Assembly (NCBI GenBank): GCA_051294375.1
Contig: CM119268.1
Span: 8,427,008-8,491,007, forward strand
Direction: 5' to 3'
DNA from: Paraspadella gotoi
Taxonomy: Eukaryota; Animalia; Chaetognatha
Length of the DNA stretch: 64,000 bases
The translations under genes and the position numbers were made by a program. Below are positions 1-12,173 of the stretch, piece after piece. Position 1 is the first letter of the stretch, and every line of letters begins with the position of its first letter. The notes beneath the pieces were generated by a model. That model ran no database searches. It had not been told where the DNA came from and saw only the letters and a program-made list of their open reading frames with translations.

Positions 1-155
1 ATTTATAAGTTTATTAAATGATATTGACGATAAGGTCAGCCATAACGGGGACATTCTGTTTGGATACGAACGGTCATTCTTACTGACCACGACGGGTCAC
101 AAAATACAAAGACTTCGTCGTCGTCTTTGTTCAAATCATTTGAGCTCCCAAAGTA

Positions 156-175
156 TTGATGATAATAATAATAAT

Positions 176-273
<98 letters not shown>

Positions 274-310
274 TAATAATAATAATAATAATAGTAAAAA
301 TAAATAATAA
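156..310. repeat. (AAT)n microsatellite
   Basis: Near-perfect ATA/AAT run; source of the poly-Ile pseudo-ORF. Confidence 0.98.
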
Positions 311-1177
311 TATTAAATTATTAAAGAAAATAAGATGATAATTGAAATGGTTCTACGATGCTTTTTTTTTTCTAATTCTAATCCTTCCGGCGTTAGGTCC
401 CCATGTTCGTGCACCATAAATCTTCTTCTTCGACACCCGCCCGTAATTTATGTGACCGAGCAAGAAAAGTTTAAGAATAACAAATTGGTTTTTCGAAAAA
501 ATGCTATTTCTTTTTCTTAGTCATTGGATAATGTGTTTTTCTAATCCTTGGATCCCACACAAATCCATCGAAAAGGCTCTCGACACGTCAATAATTTTTC
601 CTATATTCCTTTTGTTTTAATGTTACTTCTAATGTTTTTCATATTACGAACAAGTTGGTCGAATTAAAAATCCATTACAGACTTTTTGCAAGAAACGTAT
701 TCTGCTTGTTACATTTTTCGCCTCAACCAGGAATGATTTCCTCACTTTCTTATTTTCTCTCTTTTTTTTTTTTTATACATCGTAATTCTATAGACGTCTT
801 CGTCGGAGTTGTCGTCGTCAGCGTCGCCGTCGTCGTTTGTTCCTTTATTCGTCTTTGGCGGCTTGCTACGCCATCTTCGTCGATATCTTTGTCTCTTTTG
901 TCGTCGCCATCATCGTCGTCACTGTCATTCTTTGTCCATAAGTCGTACTTATTTGACGATTTTAATACTATCTTTGTCTTCTCTGTCATCAACGTCGTCT
1001 TTTTCGTCGTCATCGTCGTCATTGTCGTCGTCGTTGTCGATTTTCTCGGAATGGTTTCCTAACGTCTTTCGTGATGAGAATTTTTTGGAGAAAAAAAAAT
1101 AAGAAAAAAGTTTGGCTTCATAAGTTATTAATGAGACGAAATTCCTGTCAAGTTTTTCGCGCTTTTAAAGCAGAGGA

Positions 1178-1209
<32 letters not shown>

Positions 1210-1492
1210 AGAAGACCAGAAAGCAAAGAAAGAAAAAAAAAAGAAAAAGAAAATTACAACCACATTTTGTCATTCATCCTCAATCTAATTCGGACTAAAA
1301 ATTTTTTTTCTCAATTTTTCTTCAAACAAGTCTTTTGAAAAAAAAAAAACAACAAAATTCACGCGAAGATCAAGATGTCGCTTCTGTTCACGAATCGAAT
1401 CAAGAATTGAAGAGAAATAAACAAAAGATTTTTGTCTTCATCTTCGACGGCGCCATCTCTCGAGGCAAAAGAAGGACACCGACTCTTCGACG

Positions 1493-1626
1493 ATGACGTC
1501 GCCGTTCGTCCGCGGCGCCACTTCGCGCACCACGATGCCGGCGTCGCGCGGCGCGTCCGTGGCTCCGTCGTATACGCGAGCGCCGCTTTACGTCAGCACC
1601 GGCGCCCATGGAGCGGAGATCAAGAG
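1493..1626 (+). CDS. Candidate first coding exon of an unidentified gene (MTSPFVRGATSRTTMPASRGASVAPSYTRAPLYVSTGAHGAEIKR)
   Basis: GC-rich island. First in-frame ATG after an upstream stop. Ends AG|GTGAAA in phase 2, compatible with the exon at 4138. No homologue recognised. Confidence 0.5.
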
Positions 1627-3450
1627 GTGAAAGTGTGCAATGCGTTTTTAAAATATAACAATAATAATAATACGTAACAATGAAATAATTAGCTTATTTT
1701 TCATTTGATCAACAGTTTTTCTCTGTACAACTTATTGCTACGTAATTCAATTAATAAAAAAAATGTTATTTGATTTACATAATTTACTCTCTCATTGTCG
1801 ACTCTCTATTGATCCGACATTAACACTTCCTTTACTTCACTTTAACCTCAGAAAACTTGGTACTTCTACCTCACCTTAGCCCCCCCCCCCCTTGTGATTA
1901 TTTCCTTCCAATTCTATCTTGACCTTGCACTGAGATTTGGGCTTGGGCTTGGGCACCGGCTTCGTCTCAGGCTTTTCTCCCCGTTAATCCCTTCTCAGCT
2001 CAGACCTTCTCGTGTCAAGATTCTCGGGTTATTTTTGGCACCGTCGCCGGGTCGGTCCTTCTCGATTAGGCTCTTTTTTTTTTTTCTCCGATCCCCCAAA
2101 AAAGAGTATGGACTCTGGACTCTGGATCGACTAAGTCGAGGTTGTTTTTTTTTTTCATTTATTTGGATTCGTTTCAGTCCCTTGTCTCTTGCGGGATGTC
2201 GATGATGCTGTAATTGCCCTAGTTGTTCAAAATTCTTCTTCATCCAAACGGAATCGAACCCGCGACCTTTTCGGCGGGAACGATTGACTTTTTGTCCGTT
2301 CCTTGGAGGATTCGTCTTCATCGCTGTCNNNNNNNNNNTTACCCCGGAAGTTCCACGTCGTCGCCGTCATCGTCGCCGGGATTAACCTTTCATTTCCCCT
2401 GGACCGAGATCCGTAACGTAATTTGAACTATAAATCCGTTACTGTTCTACCAGATTTCCTCGCTATGCCCATAATCCCGACGAAGCGGAAGAAATTCGGC
2501 GGAAAAAAAAGTATCTTTATTTTTATTATTAAAGTCGTAAAATCAACGATCGTAACCGGGAATTCCTGTTTATTTTTTCTCTCTTTCTACTACAACTAAA
2601 AAAGTCTTCGATTTAGTAGAAAGAAAACTTTTTTTTTCCTTTTGTGTTTTTCTTCGGAACGATGCGGTTCGCTTTTTCGAAAGACCGCCAAGGTTTGTAC
2701 GCCTTCGAAAACTCATCGTTAAAAGAAAAAAAAGCAAGGTCTAAGTAAAAGTTAAGCGCTGCGGCAACATTCGATTATTATTTAATCAGTTAAAAAGCTT
2801 AAAATAAAACTTTGATAAACAAATATTAAACTCATTTATCTTAATATTAAGCGAGTTAACTTTCATCAGAGTCACCCCAACGACAGATTGAATAACGCAA
2901 CCCTAAAAAGATGCTTGGCCGCATTTCAGAAAACTTTCAACATATCGATTCTACTTTCTTCCCCACCAGATCCCCTTATCCCCCACTTACCTCAGCTTGT
3001 CTCATCCCCTTAACCCTTCCTCGTCTTTCCATTTTCATTCGCGGTGCTAAGAATGGGACCCGGCTTGATTTGCCGAGCCAGTCGATCATGATCCGCGGTG
3101 CTGGTCGTATCAATGCTTGACCTTTTTTGTCTGAAAGTTGGCGATACTAGGTCCGCACGTTCGCAACGATCTGCGGTGCTAAATCTATACGATCGGCAGA
3201 ATCTGCGGAGCTGGGTCGGCGACGACGGCAGAGTCTGCGGTGCTGGGTCGGCACGGTCGGCAGAATCCAGAGACCATTTGTTTACGAGGAATAAATCACG
3301 GGCGTCGGGGGCGGGTTTCTCGCGCGAGTCGCCAGTCAGTCAACGCCCTCTTGTTTGTCGATCCATCTCCGCACTTTTCGTCGAGGCGTCCGCGCGTGAT
3401 CCGCTTTATGTTGTCTCTCTGTCTCTGTCTTCTCTCTCTCTCTCTCTCTT

Positions 3451-3489
<39 letters not shown>

Positions 3490-3907
3490 AAACAAAACAT
3501 TTCGCAATAGATCTTTTTTTTTCTCTCTTTTCTGTTTTCCTCGACTCATTTTTTTCTCTCTTTTCTTCTTAGTTAATCTTTTTCTTTTCGTTTCTGACTT
3601 TGAAATTTCATTTCGTCAGTTATTCTTTTTTTATATTTCTCTTTTCTTAGTTTCCCCAACTCTTTTTTCTCTTTTCTACAAATCCCATTCAGTCAGTAAT
3701 TTCCTCCCTTTTCTCTTTCTTTCACGCTTTCTTTCTTTTTCATTTTTTTTATTATTCCTTTTATCATTTTTCTCATTTTCTTTTCTCTCTCTTGTTTTCT
3801 CTTTTACCGTGACCGATTTAAAAGATTTCTCTTCGACGAATGGCTTCGTAGGCTCCTTGTCTCCTACCTTTAAATATTTACTTTAAAGTAGGGACCTGCT
3901 ATGTCAT

Positions 3908-3970
3908 TATCTAGTAATAGTGGTGGAGGCCTTAAACCACCAAACCCTGTCCAAAGTCAGGGGCAAGATA
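3908..3970 (+). ncRNA. Twister ribozyme, type P5, family B copy 1 (partly degenerate)
   Basis: P5 UAUCU/AGAUA; P2 (U)AGU/ACC(A); G-G-UGG; AGGCCU; U|AA (predicted cut 3933/3934); P4 CCCUG/CAGGG; L4 U-CCA-AA-GU; T1 CCA:UGG. The conserved GA reads GG here. Homologous to 50729-50807. Confidence 0.6.
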
Positions 3971-4137
3971 CATTCGAATAGCACCCACTATCCCCTCCCA
4001 AGCCCCAAGATGACGCCTCCCCGAAATATAAGCGAAGACTTGTCCTTGTCGAAATAATAAATGATTTAATTTGTTAAATATTTGTATTTAAATCTTTATC
4101 TTTAAAACTTTAAAACCCTCAACTGTGTCGTCGACAG

Positions 4138-4243
4138 GAGTTCGAGCTTCTCCAGCGTCGCCTCCGAAGATTCTCTCGTTCAACTCGCGACGAAACAAAG
4201 GAACAAACTCGATCAAAGAACAAAGAATTTAGCGCTCGAACTG
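4138..4243 (+). CDS. Candidate second coding exon (R|SSSFSSVASEDSLVQLATKQRNKLDQRTKNLALEL)
   Basis: Acceptor gacag| and donor CTG|gtgagg. Open in phase 2 to phase 0, in frame with the 1493 exon. Confidence 0.55.
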
Positions 4244-4349
4244 GTGAGGGAATGTCGTCGTCGTCGTCGTCATTCGAATCTGTCATTTATTACTTTTATC
4301 GTTGTTGTGTGGCGGCTGTAATTAATACTTCGCCACTCAGTAGATTTGT

Positions 4350-4773
4350 TATATATATGCGATTTTATTCGAATACAACGAGGTTGATTCAGTACAATCA
4401 TCATCAACAAACAAACAAACAAAGACAGACTAAGTCTAAGCAAAAAACATAAAATAGAGAGAGAAAAAAAAAAACAGTTAATTAAATAAAATTAATTAAT
4501 TAAAATTTAAACAATTAAAAATTGTTCTTATGTTGTAAAAAATGGAACAAGTTTCTGAAGAACAGTATTTTTCATTGTATATATCTTTGAGATAAAGGTT
4601 TTCTTACGATTATTAAAAATTGTAGATAGGTCGTGGTATCCAAACATACTCCTAAGTTCTCTCACACTTTCCCATCGATTATATCCAAAAATCTTTCGTA
4701 CACCATCATTTACAGCAACATTAAGTCTATTCATATTACGTACAGAAAAAGTTTTTACTTCACAACCATAAAG
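4350..4773 (-). mobile_element. 5'-truncated non-LTR retrotransposon (LINE): end of ORF2 plus 3' UTR
   Basis: 4773-4528 reads LYGCEVKTFSVRNMNRLNVAVNDGVRKIFGYNRWESVRELRSMFG...*, the post-RT LxYGxE...RxIFG pattern of LINE ORF2. Stop immediately upstream marks the truncation. T-rich 3' UTR, AATAAA at 4369-4364, short (TA)n tail. No TSD seen. Confidence 0.8.
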
Positions 4774-5122
4774 TTATGACTAATGATTAATACTAAATTG
4801 TTCCTCGATATTTTTTAGTATTATTTTTATTCGATGTATTGATTTTAAAAACAAATGGAAAAATGCGTCGTTTTTGTCGTAGCCTTTTTATCAAATCAAA
4901 GATCAGCAAGAAGACAGCTGCAAAATCATTTGTGGATGTATGTTTTTTTATAAAAAAAATCGAATAGTTTTAAATACTCTATCTCGACCTTATCGTTGAC
5001 GTCGTCGTCGCCGCCTTTGTTTAATTGTCTTAAAACGAATTTCTCTCTCATCTCCGTGACAGACCAAGTTGCTTCGTGAAATTTAAATGATGAGAAATGA
5101 GCTTTTTTTCTGTCTACGTTTT

Positions 5123-5168
<46 letters not shown>

Positions 5169-5493
5169 TCTCTCTTCTCTCTCTCTCTTCTCTCTTCTCT
5201 CTGACTTTGTCTTACTTTCTCACTCATTATTTATCTCTCTTCTTCTCTCTATCGTTCCCTCTCTATATATCTCTCTCCATATACTTTTCCCCTGAAGCCT
5301 TTTTCGTTGCGAGATTACCTTTTGTTTTTTACGGTTTTTTTTTCTGTCCTCCTTTTTTTTTCTTCCATCGACGCCATCTTTCATGCTTTGATTTCCCGAG
5401 AGAGCGGAAGAGACAGGGAGCGAGAAATCCGTCCTTTCTAGACAAGCAATGAGGGATTCTGATTTCTTAGTCGGACAAAATTTGGTCTCAAAA

Positions 5494-5712
5494 GAGAATT
5501 TATTCGGTGTTTGCATACCAGAAAAAAAATTGAAACTTAGTAAAAATAATAATTCATTCATAATGAAATAGCACAGTACTTCGAAGGCCTCATGAATGCA
5601 CCTGAGAGGAAGACAGAAGTTTTCGAAGTACTGTGGTGTTTCAATATAAATAAATTATTATTTCTTCTAAGTTTCAATTTTTTTCTGGTATGCAAAGACC
5701 GAATAAATTCTC
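5494..5712. repeat. Foldback with ~93-bp imperfect inverted arms and ~35-bp spacer (MITE or inverted Penelope-type pLTR)
   Basis: GAGAATTTATTCGGTGTTTGCATACCAGAAA...CACAGTACTTCGAA is mirrored by TTCGAAGTACTGTG...TTTCTGGTATGCAAAGACCGAATAAATTCTC. Confidence 0.9.
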
Positions 5713-7292
5713 AGATATATTTTGAATCTAAATTCTAATCCTGCCAGAATCAAGACTCTGAAAATCTATTTAAAACTTAGTCTCACATTGGATACATTTA
5801 TCAACTTGTATTGATGGATAGAGATTATCTTTTTGTTGCCAAATATCATAAACACCTTCTCTCAAAAACAGAATCTTCTCTGTAGGCATCACCGAATTAA
5901 TCATTTAATATTTTATAATAAAAAATATTCTATATAAATAAATACATTCATATCTTCGAGTGACCAGAAATGCTTTCCCCTTCGGGACATCTTTCCCGGC
6001 GAAAAGGAGGCCTTTATCCTTTTTTCTCTGGGTAATCCACGTGTTCTTTCGATCTCCGCTGTTGAGACGACGACGACGACGACGACGACGACGACACACG
6101 ACGACGACGACGACGAGGCGAATCGTCTCAACAAAGCGGCCGTTCTTTGCATTTGCATTTTCCTGCTTGAGATTCCCGACTTGGCAGACATTTGCGTTGA
6201 CAAAGCTTTTTTTTCTTGTAGAGAGAAATCAGCCTCACCTTTTCTTTCTTTCTGTCACTTCCCTTTCTTTTTTCTTTGAATCCATTGTATATATACATCC
6301 AGTCGCGTACTTTTCTTTTTTTGTTTTTAAGGTTAATATCTTCATTTCTTTTACTTTTAATCAATCATTTTCACTCTCTTTCTCCTCTTTCCTTCATATC
6401 TAGTAATTTACATAAGTGTTTCCTTTTTTATACTATTTCTATCTTCTTTATTGACAATTTTATTTTCTTTCCTCTATTATTCTTCTTCTTTCTTCTCAAT
6501 CCACTTATCTATTTCGTCACGACCCAGAATCTTCTTCCTTCATTTGCCCTTTTATCGGTGAATCTCGAAAGGACGTTTGCTCCTCGCGACCTCTACGGTG
6601 ATATCTTTTGTCTTCCTCACGTGAAAATATAGGTACCGTCGTCGTCGTTATCGTCGTCGTCATCGACGTCGTCGTCATTATCAAAGAATACAAAATCACT
6701 CTATTAACTAACGAACATGCGCGTTTCTCGAGCAATTTAATTAATTTCCGTGACAATTGAAAATCCTATTCATCGAAACATTGCTCACCCGCCCCGCTCT
6801 CTTTCTCTCTTTAGTCACCACGGTGGCGATCGCAATCACAATTTCCGCGGCGCGAACTGCTTCCTGCGAGATTGGAAACATTTTATTGGTCAAGCGACGT
6901 CGCGTGACTAATATAATATCCATTACGAAGGCCAAAAGCCTTTTCAAAAGCTTTTCTGTGACGATGAAGGGGGACGAGAGCGGGCGAGAGCTTTTAATGA
7001 ATCGATCGAAAAAAATCGGGAAACCGAGAATTTAAACTCGCGTAAAAAAAATTAAAAGGCGCGTGAAAAAAAAAGGAGTGTCGTGTGGGAAGGGTGAGGC
7101 GGAGTGAACTGAGGTGGCGGGTACAAAAGAACAAGGTCACGATTCGTTGTCGACGATTCGGGCGCGAAATTTGAATGGAAGAAATGACGAAATGAGAATA
7201 TTAAAAAATATTAAAAATATTAAAAATGTTAAAAAGTTAAAAGCTAGCGAGAATTTCTGGGGAAGCGGACGTATTACAGACGATAAATCTCT

Positions 7293-7433
<141 letters not shown>

Positions 7434-8106
7434 TAGTAAAAGTTAAAAGCTTGACTCAGTGGCGGTTAGCGAAAGTAGTCCCAACCATCAAGGGACCGCG
7501 TCTTAAGAGGGAGCCAAAAATGAAGGGAAATTCTAGTGGGTTTGAGGGTAAGCCGTTTTAGTGAGGAATCTTGCGGGGTGAGTTGACGTAACTGGGGTAA
7601 AACGACTTGAACTAGTAGGGTTCTTGGCATAAAGATGCCTTGAATGCCAGGAAGCAGCGGATAACCATCACGTTTGAAATAGATCTTGCAGTGAAAGATT
7701 ACTCGCACGCGATAGAGGTTGGAAGAGTGCACGTTTCGCACGTGAGCTTTGCGCGTGCGCGACTTCATCGCGCAAACGGAAAACTCGAGGTCGAGTAACG
7801 AGGTTAATTTTGGGCGGTGAGCATTTTTGAGAAATGAAGTTGAGCGACGCGGATCCAGAGTTCGTACATTTGCTTACGATTTTCTTTTTTTGGTCGACAA
7901 ACTGAAAGGTGAATCGTAAGGAATCGCTCACGGCGTGACTCGTTGTTGTGAAAGAAAGCGATTGTGACTCCGATTTACATCCATTTTTCTGCTTTTGTCG
8001 TTTCGGTTATTATGTTTTTTTTCTCATTCCCTTTTTTTGACGCAGCTGACGTTAGACGAGAAAATCGGATGACGGTTGAGGGAATGCAGAAGGGGAAAGG
8101 GAATTA

Positions 8107-8545
8107 GAAATGGGGACGGGGATTAAAAATGGGGACGGGGAATGAAATGGGGACGGGAATTAAAATGGGGACGGGAATGAAATGGGACGGGGAATGAAAT
8201 GGGGACGGGATATGAAAATGGGGACGGGGAATGAAATGGGGACGGGGATTAAAATGGGGACGGGGAATGAAAATGGGGACGGGGAATGAAATGGGGACGG
8301 GGATTAAAATGGGGACGGGGAAAGAAATAGGGACGGGGAATGAAATGGGGACGGGAATGAAATGGAGACGGGGAATGAAATGGGGACGAGGGAATGAAAT
8401 GGGGACGGGATTAAAATGGGGACGGGAATGAAATGGAGACGGGGATTAAAATGGGGACGGGAATGAAATGGGGACGGGGAATGAAATGGGGACGGGGATT
8501 AAAATGGGGACGGGGAATGAAATGGGGCCCGGGAAACGGGGAACG
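8107..8545 (+). repeat. G-rich minisatellite, unit ~17-18 bp (AAATGGGGACGGGGAATG/GATT), about 24 copies
   Basis: Directly visible tandem array; noisy re-copy at ~18103-18525. Confidence 0.95.
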
Positions 8546-9473
8546 GAGACGAGGACAGCAGCTTGCCGAAACAGAAGCTGGGACATGGAAAGAATGAAGA
8601 AAAATGAAAGGGAGAGCGAGACGGGATTTTAAGGCGGAGGGATTGATATTGCTGAGGTGAGGAAGAGAAGTAACGTAATGGTTGCTAGGGTAAGGTTAGG
8701 TAAGGCCTAATGGAAAAACGAATTGGAAAGTGTTCCTTTCTCAAAAGGTCAGCGCTTCAAAACAGTATTTTCGACCATCGACTCAATTTATTGCAGCAAA
8801 TCCGGGTAGCGAAAATTTGAAAGAAAGAGCTGTGTGATGCGGAATGACGGAGAAAAGGAAAGTGAGATTATGCGATTGGATGTCAACGACCGTTGGAAAG
8901 ATCAGGTGGAAAGTTGCAAAGCTGCCGACTAAAAAGATTCCGAATCAAACGGGAGTTTAAATGTGAAGTCAAAAGGACAAAGAAACGAAATTTTTTTTTT
9001 TTATGATTTTAGAATAAAAAAAAATCTTTGTCAAGTCGAATATTTCACGTCAAATTTCAAACTGGATTCGAAGAGAAGATTTGACTGTCGAAACGATATA
9101 AACAAAGAGAAAAACTCCGATCTTTCGAATAAAAGATGTTTCACTAAAAAAAAAAAAATATTGTGAAAAAAATTATTTGTTGTGAAGGGAAACAGAAATT
9201 TAATTTCTCAAAGACGGATGGCGAACAAAGACCAATGGCGACGACGGCGGCGGCAATAGAAACAACGACGACGACGACGACGACGACGACGGAACACGAC
9301 GACGACATCAACGACGATAACGACGCTTGTTGCCGGAAGTGAAAAACTTGTGAGATTCTTTAATCAGTCGTTAATTGAAATCTCGCACCGATGTCGCGGA
9401 GAAATCGAATTGGACATAGTTTCGAGGTTTGGATTTCGTGTGAGTGATAGTGATTGGAGTTTTTAAGCGTTTT

Positions 9474-9549
<76 letters not shown>

Positions 9550-9574
9550 NNNNNNNNNNNNNNNNNNNNNNNNN

Positions 9575-10450
9575 CATTAAAGAAAAATGAAAGGGAGATG
9601 CGAGACGGGAGTTTTAAGGCGGAGGGATTGATATTGCTGAGGTGAGGAAGAGAAGTTAACGTAATGGTTGCTAGGGTAAGGTTAGGTAAGGCCTAATGGA
9701 AAAACGAATTGGAAAGTGTTCCTTTCTCAAAAGGGTCAGCGCTTCAAAACAGTATTTTCGACCATCGACCCAATTTATTGCAGCAAATCCGGGTAGCGAA
9801 AATTTGAAAGAAAGAGCTGTGTGATGCGGAATGACGGAGAAAAGGAAAGTGAGATTATGCGATTGGAGTCAACGACCGTTGGAAAGATCAGGTGGAAAGT
9901 TGCAAAGCTGCCGACTAAAAAGATCCGAATCAAACGGGAGTTTAAATGTGAAGTCAAAAGGACAAAGAAACGAAATTTTTTTTTATGACTTTAGAATAAA
10001 AAAAAAATCTTTGTCAAGTCAATATTTCACGTCAAATTTCAAACTGGATTCAAAGAAAGATTTGAACTGTCGAAACGATATAAACAAAGAGAAAAACTCC
10101 GATCTTTCGAATAAAAGATGTTTCACTAAAAAAAAAAAAATATTGTGAAAAAAATTATTGTTTGTTGGAAGGAAACAGAAATTTAATTTCTCAAAGACGG
10201 ATGGCGACAAAGACCAATGGCGACGACGGCGGCGGCAATAGAAACAACGACGACGACGACGACGACGACGCGACACGACGACGACACAACGACGATAACG
10301 ACGCTTGTTGCCGGAAGTGAAAAACTTGTGAGATTCTTTAATCAGTCGTTAATTGAAATCTCGCACCGATGTCTGGGAGAAATCGAATTGGACATAGTTT
10401 CGAGGTTTGGATTTCGTGTGAGTGATAGTGATTGAGTTTTTAAGCGTTTT

Positions 10451-10517
<67 letters not shown>

Positions 10518-10540
10518 TAGATAGATAGATAGATATAGAT
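9575..10540 (+). repeat. Near-identical tandem copy of ~8597-9549 across an N gap (probable assembly overlap)
   Basis: Same sequence ending in the same (ATAG)n. The longer re-copy at 16688-22480 contains this unit only once. Confidence 0.85.
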
Positions 10541-10620
10541 ATAGTTAGATAGACCGTCCGTCCGTCCATTTACTAGAAATTAACCATTAATATCTGTTTT
10601 TAGTGCAGAAATGAGAAAGA

Positions 10621-10714
<94 letters not shown>

Positions 10715-11264
10715 ATTATCTGTTTTCACTTATTTTTTTTCTTCTTCTATCACTTTTATTCTCCTTTCTTTTTCTTCTCTATTTTATCCTCCTCTTATTT
10801 TCTCCTTTCCTTTTCCTTTATCTCATCGTTTCTTGTAACCTCGTCATTAGAATCGATAATGGTGGGATTACCTGAGATACGACGTCATTCTCGAGAAAAC
10901 TACGAGTTCCAAATTTCTGCAGACTGAGAAAAAATCGTATAAAAGAGAGAAAGGGAGAAAAAACCATGAAACCATAAAAACGAAGGTATAATGTAAATTT
11001 ACGAATGAAAAAAAAAATTTTTTGAATGTAAGGGTCCTAAAATAAAAAAAAAGGGGAAAAAACCTTCGATAAAAATGTATGGGTTTTTTTTCCAGAGATT
11101 CTTTACCAGCGAAGAAAAACGTGTGTGAGCGAGGGAAAGAAAAAATATCCGACCTCGTGAATTATGGGGTGGAGAAGAAGAGGAAGAGGAGGAGGAAAAG
11201 AAAGAAAGGGAAGGGGGCTTGGTAAGGAAAGGGGTCAAGAAGAAGGAGGGACGAGAAGGGCTTG

Positions 11265-11351
<87 letters not shown>

Positions 11352-11563
11352 AAAAAAAGATTTAAAAGATTTAGAGGAAAAACTATTTACACTTTGCTTT
11401 AAAACAAGAACGGTAATTCCAATGCGTTGCGATGCAGTGACTATCTTTTCATATATATATATGACACGCATTGCATCGGAATCTTGTCTTTTATTCGTTA
11501 GTTGTATGATTTCCTGAAGGCAGCGCTAGAATTCCCTAAGGTTTGAGGTTTTTTTCCTGTATT

Positions 11564-11715
11564 AACAAATGAGCAATCAACCATAGACGAATTATATGCA
11601 TTTTTAACGTAAGAGGGACAGACCGACGGACAGACATACTGACCAACAGACCGATAGACCGACCAAAAAGTGACTTATAGAGTTGCTCCGCGAATACTCG
11701 CGGCGCAATTAAAAA
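11564..11715 (-). mobile_element. Short Helentron-associated (HINE/DINE-1-like) element, copy 1
   Basis: On -: T-run, hairpin TTGCGCCGCGAG-TA-TTCGCGGAGCAA, CTCTATAAG, (GTCG/GTCC/GTCT)n tract, and end TTGCTCATTTGTT that re-uses the subterminal repeat. Confidence 0.65.
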
Positions 11716-12013
11716 GTTTCATGAAACTGATCGAATAAAAAGAAAAATAAGGAATGGTTATTCCAAGGTGTTGCGCTGCATTACTTTTCTTTTTATTTAT
11801 CATATCATTTATTCCTTATAGTTTATAAGATTTTTTTGGTAGACATGATGTATTAACCTTTTTTTTCGTTGTTAGTTTGATAGTAGAAAAAACCAAGTTT
11901 TAATGATATTTTACAATGAATAATAATACAAAAAATTATTAAAACATTTTTTTTCTACTAAGATTTCTTTAGAAACAAAAAGCGGCGCCAGTAGTCACTT
12001 AGATTTGATTTTT

Positions 12014-12173
12014 AACAAATGAGCAACAAACTATAGTCAAGTTATAAGCATTTTTAACATAAGTAGGACACACCGATGGACAGACATACCGACGGACCGA
12101 CCAACTGAGTGACCGACCTACCGAAAAGTGACTTATAGGGTTGCTCCGAGAGTACTCGCGGCGCAACTAAAAA
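12014..12173 (-). mobile_element. Short Helentron-associated element, copy 2
   Basis: Copy of 11564-11715 diverged by substitutions, with the same ends and different flanks. Confidence 0.65.

Noticed and set aside
3098-3886. 262-aa ORF and similar F/L/S-rich, ER-rich or X-containing ORFs across the window
   Set aside because: Products of CT/AG microsatellites, T-rich tracts or N gaps; no domain signal.
7466-7990. Overlapping - strand ORFs (MKSRTRKAHVRNVH..., ...AKRALFQPLSR...) as a zinc-finger or cell-cycle gene
   Set aside because: Cys spacing is incomplete for C2H2, the splice models tried hit stops, and no frame could be preferred. Left unresolved.
11403-11490. Short imperfect foldback (ACAAGA...ATTCC...GGAAT.TCTTGT) as a miRNA or ribozyme
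   Set aside because: Pairing is interrupted and there is no catalytic motif; more likely a tiny transposon remnant.
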